From Fimbriosthenelais zetlandica (taxonomy: Eukaryota), in the NCBI GenBank assembly GCA_977030845.1, contig OZ365113.1:18848001-18912000 (forward strand): a DNA stretch of 64,000 nucleotides, given 5' to 3'. Below, piece by piece: positions 41,101 to 55,400 of the stretch; position 1 is the first letter of the stretch; each line of letters opens with the position of its first letter. The notes below the pieces were generated by a model. That model did no database searches and had not been told where the DNA came from. It saw only the letters and a program-made list of their open reading frames with translations. Both the position numbers and the translations under genes were made by a program.

Positions 41101-43586
41101 CTTTCTAAACATCTTAAGCAAACTCTTCAATATGTATGTGGATCGATGTGCTATTAATCTTTCTGAAGCAGAACAATCTTGCTGAGGCCTCCTCTCGTTG
41201 GTCGCTGATAATTTGTTTTCCAAGATGATTTCCATAATAAAATGTTCAATTAGTCTATTATGGGTACCACCAATATGAAAACGTGCTTCCATGGATATAT
41301 TCTGATAAGTAGGCCTAAGCAATTCCTCTATGCATATCAAACCATTTATCGCCGTGGACCATACATTGGCTTAATAACCTAAGCCCTTTGTTACCCCCAG
41401 GGTAACAACTTACCAGCGGGTACAATACGATGCATCCCCACCAATTGATAAATAACCCTTTGGTCGATAGAGACCGTAGCGGCCCTTCATTCATTTTTCA
41501 TACCCTGACCTTGCACATATCACCGTTGATGTGGCATTTTCCATGGTCTAAGCGGCCTGTTTAACCATGCTAAAAGCGGCCCATTTGGACAGGTCTATCA
41601 ATCAGTAAGGACCAAAGGGAAGACAAATGTTTATGGTAAAATCATTTAAAATAAGAATTAATATTCAGATCCATTCAATAACCTAGACATTAAAATGTAG
41701 ATTAATCTCAAAAGAGATATAAAACCAGCTGCTTCTTCCCACAATTATTCCGATTAGAAAGTGTAAATCTCAGCCACGATTTGCAATATTTCGGTCATAG
41801 TCATTATATCCTGTGGTATATAGGATATAGCCTGGACCTGGCGACAATGAGCCATTTATGTGTAATTCATCAAGGGCCTGTTCCAGGAATGACATGATAT
41901 ACTAGCCATTATGACCTGCCTTTACGCTGATTGCCTCAATGAAATGAACCCATTAGTTGAGGGCAGGTAGGCCATGCCCCACCATCTACAATAATGCCCC
42001 CGCTGTGTCATGGTAATTCTTAAAAAAAACTTTAGCAGTCAATTCATAATGATTGTATAAACTTCAGTTCAGCTAAAGCTGGTCTTACATGGGCCACATT
42101 AAACCACAAGGGAGATATACTCACATTAAGGAATTTTACTCCTATGATGACTACACCACATGTTATTAACTGACGTGAAGGATGTTTCATTTTTCACCTG
42201 GGTAGTGACACCCTATAAATCATTGTTGTTGGATGTTTTCTAAATACTTGACAGATGACATAAAGGAATACACTTTAAAGTTAGACGCATGAGACCATAT
42301 TAATTTTGATTGATGATTCTTTGATAACAGTTAATAGCCTTCCTTGAAAGCATTCGAGTGGATATGAATTATTCGTAGTGACTCTGGCAGTCTGTCTACT
42401 GAAAAGCTTAAACATGGCATTTAGAGATCATCTGCAGGACGCCATGGGTTTTCCCCTCCTCGTGAGAGGGTTGTAGTGATTGATAATTCCATTTCACTTA
42501 ACATCAAAATTTGGCAAAATGTTTCTCAAGTGTTCAGGAAAACTGGCTTGGATAATTTGAGAATTAGGGGACGTCAGAAATGGGCTCAGAGCACATTATG
42601 GGACATAGCCAACGACAAGTGGCAAATTCCATATTTTCCAATTATCTTCCATCGATGTTTGATTTCTTCTTCCTGAGTCATTACTGTTCCTTTCATATCA
42701 ATGACTTTTGCTTTAGAAAATGTTCACAGTAAAAAAAACTACGATTAACTGTACTTTATTCCTTCCGTGGTGCAATTGAATATGTCCTTTCGTGGAGCAA
42801 TTGAATATGTATCTCAGACATCTTTCATACATGTATATCTAATATAAAAAACTTATCTTTTCAGGTAAGAGTATTAATGTTCTGTGGGAGCCGAGTAGAG
42901 GAGCTAGTGGAGTACACTCATCCCATACAGCTACTTTCCCTGGTGCCCTCTCATTATGGTGTCCCAACAACCTAATCCTGGCCTACTAGTACTGCCACTG
43001 TTACCAGCAGTTCACAGACCTTGCATCTGGCCCACAGGATTAGCACTAAATACCCTTCCAGGAGGAGGTAGAGGAGGAAGAAGAGGAGTGCTGGAGGCTG
43101 AGGCAGATTCCAGACAACCCTGATCCAGCCACCTCCAGGCCAGAAGGTGGCGCAGGAGGTGGTGAGGGCAAGAAGGATTAGCTGCTCCCCCTCCTCACGG
43201 ACAGCTGGCAGGAAAAGTTTCACCTTCAGCTGCTTCAAATGTTTTCTGCTTCAAGAAAACATCTAAAAGAAGGGAAAACCGTCTACTTTGATGCCAGACT
43301 GCTTTAAGGTATTGTTATGGATGGTTACCATTGCTCTTTAGTGGTAAATTCTGCATGAGGATGAAGGCTGGAAATTGAAAGAGAGGTTGAGATTGGCTAC
43401 AAATAATGTGCCTTCATTTGGGGTTTACAATATTCAGGATCCCAGGCAAGAGGCCGCAAAGTTGTCTTGTTTGATTGAGTGATTTTGAATTTGCAAGCAG
43501 TTAATGTCGTAAATGATGCTAACTGAAAGCCTTTTATGGATAAAAAGTGACTTGAAATATCATCACACAATCCCGACACCTGGCAG

Positions 43587-44048
43587 ATGACGATGGGGGA
43601 TTTCACGCCAACACATCCTCATCCTTCGGGTAAATCTGGTGTGTCCGGTACAGACCTCTCTACAGTCTATGACTTCACCCAAGAAATCATTTTAGGACAT
43701 TCAAGAGAGCACCAACGGGCAGACGTACAATACAATGCCTTAACAGCTAGTGTCCGCCCTACTTTGGCTAGTGATTGCATTCACTGCCATAATGTCAGGC
43801 CAGAGCTGTCTATATGGAACTCGAGCTTATATGGCAACGAGAGTGATTTCTATAGCAACAATGGGACATGGTCCAGTAGCAACAACGGTAGTGGTGCTGG
43901 GAGTGGTGATAGCAATGTGGAGTTGACAGCTGGACATTTGTTTCAAGATGTAGCTTTAGGGACTTTGCTGGGATCTCTGAGTATGCTCACCTTCGTGGGC
44001 AACGCTATGGTGCTTCACGCCGTAAGGACAGAGAAACGGCTTCAGACA
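43587..44048 (+). CDS. HRH1: Histamine H1 receptor-like GPCR, coding exon 1 (long N-terminus, TM1, ICL1)
   Basis: ORF MTMGDF...GNAMVLHAVRTEKRLQT matches human HRH1 TM1/ICL1 (LNLLVLYAVRSERKLHT). It ends at a canonical phase-0 donor ACA|GTAAGT (44049). There is an in-frame stop upstream at 43548, and four N-glycosylation sequons (NSS, NES, NGT, NGS) lie before TM1. The second ATG (43593, ACGATGG) has the better Kozak context, so the exact start is uncertain. Confidence 0.9.
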
Positions 44049-47000
44049 GTAAGTATACCCTTTTTACAATATTTATTGAAATCGCATATTTCTAACTGAC
44101 TAATAGCTTGGGGTCCCTTTTATAGCCAGAGTGTTGAGATAGCACTCTTTGCAAAGATACATTTGAACTTTCATTTTACATAATATATATATGTCGTGAT
44201 CAAAATGTCTAATTTCCCTGCGGCTGCCTATGCTATTGGATTAAATTATATTATTCCTCATTTAAAATTTACTTTAATGGATAATCAATGGTGGGCGCTT
44301 GCAAGTATAAGTTTATAGGGTTGTCGGGTATTGACAATTTAAGCCATTCGTAAGTGAATTTACCTCCCAGGTTTTGCCTGTACCATATAAAAGTAGGGCC
44401 AACCCATAATTCCTATACACATAACACGCCTTTAAGGCGTTTTATGCAACCTGCATTGGTCAATGATATATTAATGCACTAATGCGCAAGCAAACCCAAA
44501 GGTCTCTTTATACGAAAACTGTACCGTGGCATAAGGCAAGTTAGCTACACTGACAAATGTATTCTTAAAGATCCTGCAATTCTTTAACGAATCAATCCCT
44601 ATTTAATGTCGACTTCATCAACGGGACCAAGCAGTTTGACCTATTAGTAATTTGATGCGGAGATGGCTCCACCTTGAAGTTTTTTTTATCATAGTAGGCA
44701 GTCGCTGATGGAGAGAGAAGTGGTGGTCGGGGGTGGGGTTGAGGGATGAGTAAGTCGATTGTATTTATTTCTTTAAAAGGGGAAATCATTGCAAGTATAG
44801 CTACCATATTTCAGATAGATTTGAAATCGGATAATTGTAATGGCCCTTTCCCATGCGAATGGTTTCTGTCAGAAACAATTAATTGGAACCGTCGGCAAAT
44901 CAGAGTAGGGGACACTGAATTAAAAGCAATGATGCTTACAAGTGGGTCTGCACCCTACCACTTAGCAATGTTTAATCGTTGGTTCTTCGGCTTGTGTGTT
45001 CAGCCATAAACATTAAGCATGCAGCATATTCACCGTGGCCCATTCCGTCCATCCATTTCCCTTTCTCCAATATAATCTCAGGTTATAATTCTTCCATCAC
45101 ATGCAAATCAGAAGTGCTGCCTGTAAAATGATTTATACAACTAATTTCAAGCGTTCATCTCTCCTTCCCCTTAGATAATATGCTGATTAATGTGGGGTTT
45201 GCTTGGTCGGCCAGGATGATGGGGCCACGGGTCCAATGTTATTTATTACAGCACTGAAATAACTTTGCACTCTCCATATTTACCGTCACCTTCACTGTGT
45301 AAAGTTCAAGGAAAATGTCTGACAAGAGACCTAAATTACACTTTTAATCCATCATTGCTGGAAAATAGTAATTTTGTGTCGATCCTTCTCCTAAAAAGTG
45401 TCCTTTCTTTTTATCAATGAAATCAAAACCAAGGACACAACAACAAATCAATAAATTAGTTGCTTTGTAAGCCAAGAAAGCTGCAAAGTCTTGGCTATAA
45501 ACATGAGCGATAATAGTCGATAGCCTCAAGCGTATAAGCTTGACGATAGCCGATAGTTTCTACAATGGCTATTTCGTGTCTCCAAACCTGTCCCGAAAAA
45601 AAAAGAATGAGGAGCTTTCAATTTTGTTTTTACTTTTGTATGATGTATGAGGTGCCCACAGCATAATGCTGCTTCAGTGACCATAGATCTGTCTGCAAGA
45701 CTTTAGGTTTTCTCTGGCCTCTCGTTTTCCGGGACACACAACCTTTAACCACTCTAACTTCTGTTTTTGTTGATTGATGCTCTTGACTTGCTTCATTGCT
45801 CAACTATACTTGGAATTTGTTTTAGGAAACTCCTAGTTCATGCTTGTCCATGTTATAATTAGTATGTCATTTGATGAGATCCGGGGATTATAACCTGTAG
45901 TAGCCTAAGCCTTTAACATGATATGCCTTTATCAACTGTATAATTTGTGCATCAATGGGCATACTTTATACATAAGCTTAGCTACTATATTAAGGCTTCA
46001 TTAGACCAATCTAAATCTTTTAAGAGCAATTGTATGTAAGCTTCTACAAAGCTCCAATGTAATTCTACGAATCACCTTTTAGTGTTTTGCCTTTGCGTGT
46101 TGAATGCTAACGACTTGACTGTATATCATAAATCATGAATCTCATACCACTCAGATCGAAGACCCCTATAAGCAGAACGACATAGGGATTTGGCAAGCTC
46201 AAGTGATTGATCCATCAATTAGATTACATACGAGGGATTCTTTGCATGGACTGAAGCATTTTTCAATCTCCCTGAGATGTAAACCATGTATGACATTGTA
46301 GTGACCCATTACAAACAATTAGTCCCATCGATAGTCGGATACTAGTCAATTAATCTTGTTCTTAGTTTCTATATATAAACTGACGTTCATCAGACTCCTG
46401 CCCTGAGGCTATATGTTACCAGTATACCCTGCTTAATCAAGTTATTAAAAAGAGATGAGAACCGAGAGCTCTGATAATTATTTTTCAAATGCTACTAACA
46501 GTGGATCTGAGGCCATTTAATTATCATAAGGTAAACTCATTTAAAGTGAGTCTATATATCATACTTGTTCAGTTTACTCACGCGTTTTGCAGATTATACA
46601 GTTGTGCTCATTGGCCTTATCGAGAAAATCACAGTTGATTCTTGATATGCACTATAGGGATGATGGATTACTGAACAAAAATGACTATTTGGGAAGCATG
46701 CCGTATTCGATCTTCAGAGAGACGTGTTGAAAATTGCTTAATCTAGGGTTAACCAAATCCAACCTTTTTTCAATCAGTATAGTGGGCAACACGATTATAA
46801 TCATCTAGTCAAGGTTGTTGCGTGTGGGGCTGCATGTACTTTGAGAATTCCACTTGGTTGAGGGTAGGGTATAGGTTTTGCTGTGGTGGAAAGTATCAGC
46901 GGTGACTTGAATAATGAAAATGAGTTTTTCCTTATGTGCTCTCCCACGGAACAGCAGATTTAATTCACCTTTCGTGACTAAATTTGCGTTTGACGATGTT

Positions 47001-48093
47001 TTTGGATTGTGCAGACAGTGCATTATTGGTAACAGATGGAAACATCAAGAAGGAAGAAATATTTCAACGCTTGTCAGGCTTGAGATGAATTAAATATGTG
47101 AGTAAGCAGAGGCAGCCGCAGGTCCATCAGGCAAGTTACAAGGTGACATAAATCATTCCCGTGTCCCCTTGGATGTATTTAGAGGGGTTCAGTGATCTAT
47201 AACACTGAAAAAAAGTGTCCAGCACAGATAGTCGTTGATTAACGGGGTAAAATATTGATTAATATTCCGTAAAGTGTCCTTTTGATGTTTAGCATGAGGG
47301 ATATGATTAACGGCAATGATTTATCAGCGAGGCCTTGTAATGAGTGGTTCACCTGTGGTTGACTTGATCAGAATCTCAAATAACTCTCTCCTACATCGCT
47401 AGCCTCCCTGTGGGCATTAATGCTAACTAATTTAGTTACGATTCCTACTTTTCATCAAGAGCTTATCTAAATGCTACCATCAAATCAATATTGCTTGTGA
47501 TGATTGCTATCAACTGTTGGGGCATGAAAATATTGGACGGCAACCAAGGTCTATAGATGCCCTGGTTGTTATTACGGCTATAGAGACTGTTTTGGGTGAT
47601 ATATTTCCCAAGAGAAATTCACTTATATCTATAGATTTAAATCCGTTTACAAATTTTGTTTGGTACTTGTCTACGTGAGTTTTGTCATGGACGTGTTCAG
47701 ATGGAGGAAAATGTAAGGCTGCAGTGTATTTTCTGCATGTTAGTCGAGGCACATTTTCCACTTTAAAACCATTTCAAGGAACTATAACCCAACGATTACG
47801 GAATTTTGTATGGATCACTAGCCTCTATTGGCTTCTATGCTGTTGACCCTTTCAGGTCTTGTGGTAAACATGATAGATTTTCCCTCCTTGGAAGCAGACC
47901 TTCTGCACTGTTAATTTCCGGTTTGTAATGACCTTTGTGCCTCAAGAAAAAGGATGTGTGCCCTAGGCTATTTTAAGAATTATTGGAATGTTAAGAAGTG
48001 AAAAGCTAGTGTTCTTACTACCCTGCACCATCCTCTTTCATATACCGGTGCTTCTACTCGTGGATCTTGAAAATTAAATAATGACCGACTGGC

Positions 48094-48112
48094 GGGGGGG
48101 GGGGGGGGGGGG
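48094..48112 (+). repeat. Poly-G run (19 nt) inside intron 1
   Basis: Read directly. A second run of 13 G lies at 62462..62474. Confidence 0.9.
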
Positions 48113-51100
48113 ATGTATTTATGTCGAAATAATTGACAAGGATCAGAGATGCATTATGTTTTCCTGACCTTACTTTCCACAGAATGCGTTCATCAATTTC
48201 TCGCTATTTTAAGGTATACTCATGCACATCCTATGTACTTGGTCACCTCCTATCCCTAGTCTGAAATCAATAACATGCCCAGGTTCAAATCGTTATGGAC
48301 TTCCATCCAAAGAGTGGGAATATTGAATACAGGCTGCTATAGTATTGATATTGGTTAATGTGATATGATGAAAGAGAAAGATCACTCATCAAAGTATCAC
48401 TGCAGCAGGGTTCCTCTTTTAGTTTCATTCTAGATGGTCTTCTATCATGAGTTGCATCTCTAAATTGCAATCTTATTTTGCTTCCCATACATATATGACA
48501 TTTCGTATACTTTAGCATTGTTACTATCCCTTTATTACCTGCACTCTATCCTAATTGCCTCACTTAGTCTATTTCTGAACAAAAATTAGTATATAATTAA
48601 AAAGTTTCCCCAGAGAATAAAAATCCTTGTTGATATATCGACATTAAGCGTAGAATATTGAGTTACACGTGTGATTTCTATGTGGAAAATATGTCAGTAA
48701 AGGCAACAAATCTGGCACAGTGAAGAAACCGAGAGAAGCATTCGATAAGTAGATTTCCTTAATCAGTGTTTCTCGTGGTGATTGCCATTATCATGGCGGC
48801 GAGGAGGAAAGGGAGAAAATGAAGCACTATGTCTTATACTCGACTCGAATTGAGAGTTATAATTCAATCGTCTGGGATAGATTCACGACCATTTTAAATG
48901 CCATTAATTGGAAGGGAAAATGCCAGGCAAAAATATGGCCTTCAAAAAGTGTTCAATTTTCCGATGTCTTTAACCAGGGCACCTTTATCTCGCTGCAGAA
49001 TACAGGACTGAACAATCAGCATGCAAATGAAGAAAAAGTGGTGCGCTCGGGGACCAAGCAGGTCCAAAAGTAATTAATGAAAGTTACGAACTTAAGACTC
49101 GTAGATATTTTCATTAGAAACACGGGAAAATAATAGTTAATTACATCGATGATATTCCTATATTTCAGCAAGCATGTAATTGTGTATCACATATAAGCCA
49201 GTTGTATACATATGTACTTGTGCATGTTTCCTGGCGTTTTGGAGAATATGAACAGCGTGCATAAAAACTACACGTTTCAAATTTAATTGTTTTAATAGTC
49301 ATTTTAAGTCTGTAATAGGGAAGCCATTACTTTGTTACAATAGACCTCAAAGATGTCTGGTAATTCAGGCTAGGCATGGCTCGCGTTAAGGCAAGCAGAC
49401 CTTATTACATCAATTCAAGTCAGAGGGCTTTGCATCTTTTAAGATGAAATGGCAGTAAAAAATGCACTTACATTGACATCATTGACATTCGTTTTTGAAG
49501 GCAGGGTGAACTGCTTAAGGAATGGTGACGGGGAATGCTGGTCCAATTATCCGGGAAATGGGACAATTTAGGACGAAAATAAGTTTAATCGTCCAATCAA
49601 CTGCTCAAAATCGGTTATGAAATCATGTTGTGTTTTTGCATGGGCAACTTATCTTAATTTCGCATTTCTTTGGAAGACGGCAAAATCATATAAGTTGTTA
49701 CTTTACTTCATAAGATTTCATTGCAGTTTGAATCGTTGATACCTTGAGCTTTTGAAAGGGCATCATGCAAGTCCTCAACAGTTTTCGACACCTCTAATGT
49801 TTTGCTTTTAATGTCTTTTATTTTGTCCATATTAACAAATAATAAATGATCACTGATCTCGAGCAGGGAAACTTGTCCACAATAACTGTTACAAAGTTGC
49901 CACTATAGTACATGTATGTATAACCGGCAAATAATCTATTTGCTAATTCACATTGCCACTAAATGCACTAAGCTGGTGATAGGATGTATGCCTGGCAGTT
50001 TGTGCCAACTTCATATCAGGTATAAATGTTCTATATCAACCACAGTAACAGGCCTTTTATGAAAGTGGATGGATGGTTGTGTATTTACGGCAACCTTTTT
50101 ACAAGGCTATTAGCGCTTACATTTGCAGCAGCACAAACGTTTTTATCTTCCATGTCCATTGATACTTTGGTTTCTGTAGGTGGAAGCTTATGGATAGTCA
50201 TATATATTGGGATAATAATGTGTCGTGGAAAATGACAATGTGCGAAGCTCGGGGGATCCAAGTTTGCGCAGTTTTTCAAAACTGTTATGATGATATAGCC
50301 GATGAGATTGCATGTATACACGAACATACAACATGAAGCCCATGGCAAATCCTCTCTCCCAATTACCCATTATAAGAACTGGCCATATATCATAACGAAG
50401 AAGCCATTAGAGTGGGGGCCATTATTGTTATGATCCTCACCAATTCCAGCCTTGTTATAGGTGTTCTTTTAGTGACCAAGCGGAATTTTCTAAATTTATT
50501 TTATGCTTTTTTCCTTCATTCGGTATAACTTTAGGGTCATCTAAGTAAATCCTCAGTTATTGGGTTAGAGGGGGAATAGGTTCCTTATTTTAGGCTTGCT
50601 GGAGGAGTCACAGTGGAATAAATGAATGAGGAGATATGGGGTGTCTCTAGTCAAATATCATTAATCCAGACTAGTAAGTTTTTCTAGACTGACTTTGCTG
50701 CCACTGGAAATGTTCGGAGTTACCCTTCAGCCCCTTTTGATGTTATTTCTGGACCTAGACACAAGGCTTCACAACTCAGATTGAAATCGTACTCGACAAA
50801 CACTGAGGAAACTGGTATAAAATACTGAAATTGGTTTTCCATACGAAATAAATATCAGTTCTATGTTAGGAAGCGTTGGCCCGCTTCCACGGCCAGACAT
50901 CAAAGGGTCGGCCATGGAGATAGTACGGTGGGTTAACTCTTCCCAAGCGCTCCCAGGCAGGTATTGAATTTCATAAATGTCTTTTCTGTATATAGCCAAA
51001 CACTGGACATGCTCTAGCTCCTCTCATCCTCTGTCTTTGAACTGTATTTTGAGAAGAAATCTTTATTGTTATTTTTAAAGAAAGCTGCTAAAAGGATAGG

Positions 51101-52340
51101 TTATATAACCCTTATAATATACCAAACACTTTCATGGTGACCCCCTCCCACACAGCACCTTACATTGTAATGCAGTATATGTTGTGTCGTACCTGAAGGA
51201 ATTCGAGGACGAGGCAGTGGCCAGTTGATCACTGTTTTTGTCATCAACAATGCAAGTGTTGCAAGGTTATATAAAACCCTGGTATTTTAAAAATCCCATC
51301 TTCATTCTTTGCATGCGAAAACAAATCAACAGCCGGCAGCCCAGCTTATATCATCCCAGTAAACATCATTTAGATGGAAAAGCGCAGCAAGCTTTAGAAA
51401 AATAAGTCTCTACTTATGAATCTCATGAATATGAGATGATGTCATGCATAGAAAATCACTTTCAAGGATAGAAAAAAATAGCACTCACTATCTCGCCTCG
51501 TCGATGCTGAAATGCTTTCCAATCGATTGCAGAAAATGCTGCATACAAACAAAATAAGACCCAGTTCTATCTCGATCGATGTTTAAGATAACTTGATTTT
51601 CCACTGTCGTTACCACGGTTTCCCACATACATAGTTATTTCCCATACCCCACATGAATGTCAACTAGGGTATTGACATCCCATTGTTCCCATTATTGTAG
51701 ATTGATCAAAACGAATCTACGTTAGTTTATAGTTGGATTCCTATCGACCAATTTTGAAAAGCTTCATTTCAGTAACATTGCTCCTGTGCTTAGCATTTTT
51801 CTGAAGCAGATTATTGACGTTGTAATCTCATCAATTTACCTCATTTCCTTACACCCGCCCTGCAGATTGAGCTGCGATGACAATTCTATGAGGTGCCATG
51901 CAACCATAGGAGAAACACTCTAGCTTTGGAACAATGGAAGAGGTCGTTTTGTAATTCAGGTTTAATTCCAGAAATAGTCACTCTTGTTATTTTAGAATCA
52001 TAGATCCCTTCGACCTCTGAGTTAGTTGCATAGTACTGAAAAAAAAGCGGTTGCCTTCAGATAGCCACCATGGCAAAAAATGTTTTCTTTTGACTGAGTA
52101 ATCAATAGTCGATCAGTGTGCTGTAATTGCCCCACTGGCCACAAGGGTGGAGCTCCTTGCATGATCTATTGATCACTGGGTTCCCGTGTCAAAGAACAAA
52201 GATTATCCACACACACACACCCACACCCCCCACATCCATAAAGCAAGCATAGGCCCAGCTACTGACCATGTCCTTTCTCTTAGTGGTTTTCTCAGACAAC
52301 TATTTTAATTATTTACGTTGGAGGCATGTTTTGGCATTAT

Positions 52341-52421
52341 CAGGGGTGTAGCCAGGATTTTCTGTGAGGGAACGATTGATAAGCGGGGGTGAGGTGGGTG
52401 CGTAGGCTGGCTACGCCCCTG
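52341..52421. mobile_element. 81 bp MITE-like element with 15 bp terminal inverted repeats
   Basis: CAGGGGTGTAGCCAG ... CTGGCTACGCCCCTG (14/15 match). No clear TSD, superfamily unassigned. Confidence 0.6.
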
Positions 52422-55400
52422 ATTACCATTTTGCATCATGTTCCTCGCACCACCCTTTTTGGACAGTATTATTTGTATTACTTGATTAACATAGCAACCC
52501 AGAATTGCTGGATATTTTAGTGTTAGACAAATCGAAGTTCAAATTCCTTAATACCTTTGACGCCTAGCAGTATGATAGCACTTAACAATCTATATGTCAC
52601 CTAGCATAGGAGCTGCTAAATGCATTACTGTGATAGGCAATTCGATTTAGAAAGCAGGGAGAATCTTATTTTACTTCATTACAGACGTCTGTCTCCATCA
52701 GTCACCTTGAGACTAGGCTGCTAGTGTTCAACAAGTTTGTCTTAATCGATTAATGTCTGCTCAAGAAGGTTGAAGCCTCTTTTTGATATACTCATGCTGG
52801 CAAAACTTCTTACAAGTGGGATTCAAAATAGCAGAAGTTGATGGTACCTGTGCTGTACAATTATTATTTGAAATTCGGAATGATTTGTGTCTATTAAAAT
52901 CTTTGTGTCTATTAAAAGTAATTAGTTAACCGCATGGGGATTTGATTTTATAGTATTAGTCTTGCATTATTATATTACGATGAGGAATGTGCTGAGTAAT
53001 ATGCTCATGAATTCCTTTATATATACATGAATAGATCTCAGAACAAAAGATCTTATTTCCCTTATTTTCAATTCACTTTTTACTGCTCCTCCTTCCTTTG
53101 TGTGGACATGATCTTAAACATTACTGTAAAATGAACTTTTATTTCAAAGTGTTCTTGGTGAACAAAGCAGAGGTAGTTGATGATAAGTTATCGATTACAT
53201 CTGTTTTAGTCGTGCTTGTTTAAGTGACACCCTATGATATGGGTATCAGTATGTTCATCGTACCAATATCATGATTTACTTCTTTATCAGTCCTAAGCAC
53301 GCATACACAGACACAGGTAAGCTCTTGTTCAGAGGTTGGCTCTTGCCCGCCTTTGTCAAAACTAAGGACAGAGCTTGCGTGTAAAGCAGGTAAATGTGCC
53401 CTTTATTCTTCTGATCTCTCAAATTGGTTCTCTACTCAGGTTTTCCGTCCTTGGACGCCATAGGGGACATCCACGTTTCTGTCATCTTATTATTTTTCTT
53501 GCTATATATAGAGTAGAAAATAACAAGAGAACATCCTTTCTTTACCGAAGTAGTAGGAAGGTAACGTATTGTGTCCTGGCTATGAAGCTAGAAACAATTC
53601 AGCATTTATATACATTAAAGTACATGTATACATGTATAGTGGAGATGTACTCTATGTTTTATCACTATTGCTCAATAATAAATGCGATGCTCTCTTAATA
53701 AATCACTGCTTTGAACCTCCCTTTAGATGCCTATACAATGCAATGGAATCAAACTGAAAAAGATGAACATGAAATAATGGCTGGGCTTTTGCACAGTCAT
53801 CATATATGCTAACAATAGAAGCTACAGATAATAAGAACCACCGCGGTACATTGAGTGCACTGGTTGCTCTGCATGGTCAGAAGAGCCAAAATGTCGTGAA
53901 CAGAAACTTCTTAGAGGTCATATCTTTGACACAAATTGATCTTAGAAAGAACAGTTTCAACCCGTTTTTTTTACTGCTGTTGCTGCTGCTACGAAATTAA
54001 TAGATCCTTCAGTCTAGGGCAGAACCGTCAAAATTTATATTGATATCCCCTTCAATTTAAACTCACTGCTTACATTGATACCCACATATCAATAGACAAT
54101 CCCACATCCTGAAAAATTTCTGTCACAGAGACCCAGAAGACCCACAAAGGCCATTTGAAGGGGATTGCCTGGACAATAAAATACTTGTCACTCACATCCC
54201 TTATTCTACCCTATATTTCATGGGATGCCAAATTCCCATATAATACTTGATCGATGTTTCTTCTCTCGTGGTGAACCCAAAGACCAAATTTTTCAATTCA
54301 AAAAGGTGAGCACGTCCCAATAAATTGATGGACCAATCAACTAAGCCTTGCTACTGATTGGCTATCCGATACTGGTTGAATGGATGCACAAAGCTCATTG
54401 ATGAGGCATGGCAGAAGAGCCTCTCAACCTAATAAGGCACTCAAGTAAGGACACCAAGCCTGTTGCCAAAGCCGGTCTGCAAAGAATAGTCCATGTCCCG
54501 ATAGGTCGGCTTATGAACCTCTTGGGCTTTGAAGCCCCACCAGTTGTTAACAGGATTTTGTACTGGTGTATTTCATTTATGTTTTATCCGTCCCATAGTC
54601 CTCTTATTCTATATCATGCTTTCCATTAAGGAAAGTGTCTCCTCCGAAGTATGGGAATAGGAACCTCTTTGTATATGTTAAGAGATTTCTGTGGGAAAGA
54701 CTTGTTGTTAGTTTAGATCAGTTGCTAATGCGTATCCTGAGGTCATTAATTGCTGGAGACTTGCAGGATTTGGGAGAATTTCATGTACCAGTCGATGTAA
54801 AGTCAAGTAAATTTATGCTGAAATGTCACATATAGGCTGGGCATAGGGCATATATATAGCTATAGGCTAAATTCAATAGGCCTATATAAGAAATTGATTC
54901 CTATCAGAGTATGCCTAAATGTATAAGGCAAGCCCTATAACCAACAACATAGATTTGATTCTATATATTGTTTAATTTTGAGTGTGTTTTACGACTTTTC
55001 ATGAAGTCCTTATTGAGAGGTCCAATGAGATTGCATCTAAAATAATGATTGGTTGACCAATGGGTGTATCATAATCAGTTATCTGATCGTTGTGATAGGT
55101 TTCTTCCTGGAAATATACATATATCGTATTGAAGGAAAAATCATAAAAATAACCATTTTGCCCTTAAGTAGGCCAATATTATAACATGCCAGATACATGT
55201 ATGCTTTTAGAGGATGCTTTTCAATATAAAGAACTTTTGTGTCAGCCTGGCAGGCAGTTATGCAAATCATCCCAACCAACATGGTAGCCTACTTGTCCAA
55301 AGGGGAATGACAAACGCTATCGCCTTTGTCCCCCGTTGCAAGTCGTTCCTCGCTCTTGTAAAACATGTTATTTGTATTCAAATCATCATTCGTTGTCTAT

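Noticed and set aside
44049-44099. ORF-track extension of exon 1 (VSIPFLQY...)
   Set aside because: Read-through into intron 1 past the GTAAGT donor. Likewise the ORF starts at 57053 and 58224 are intronic.
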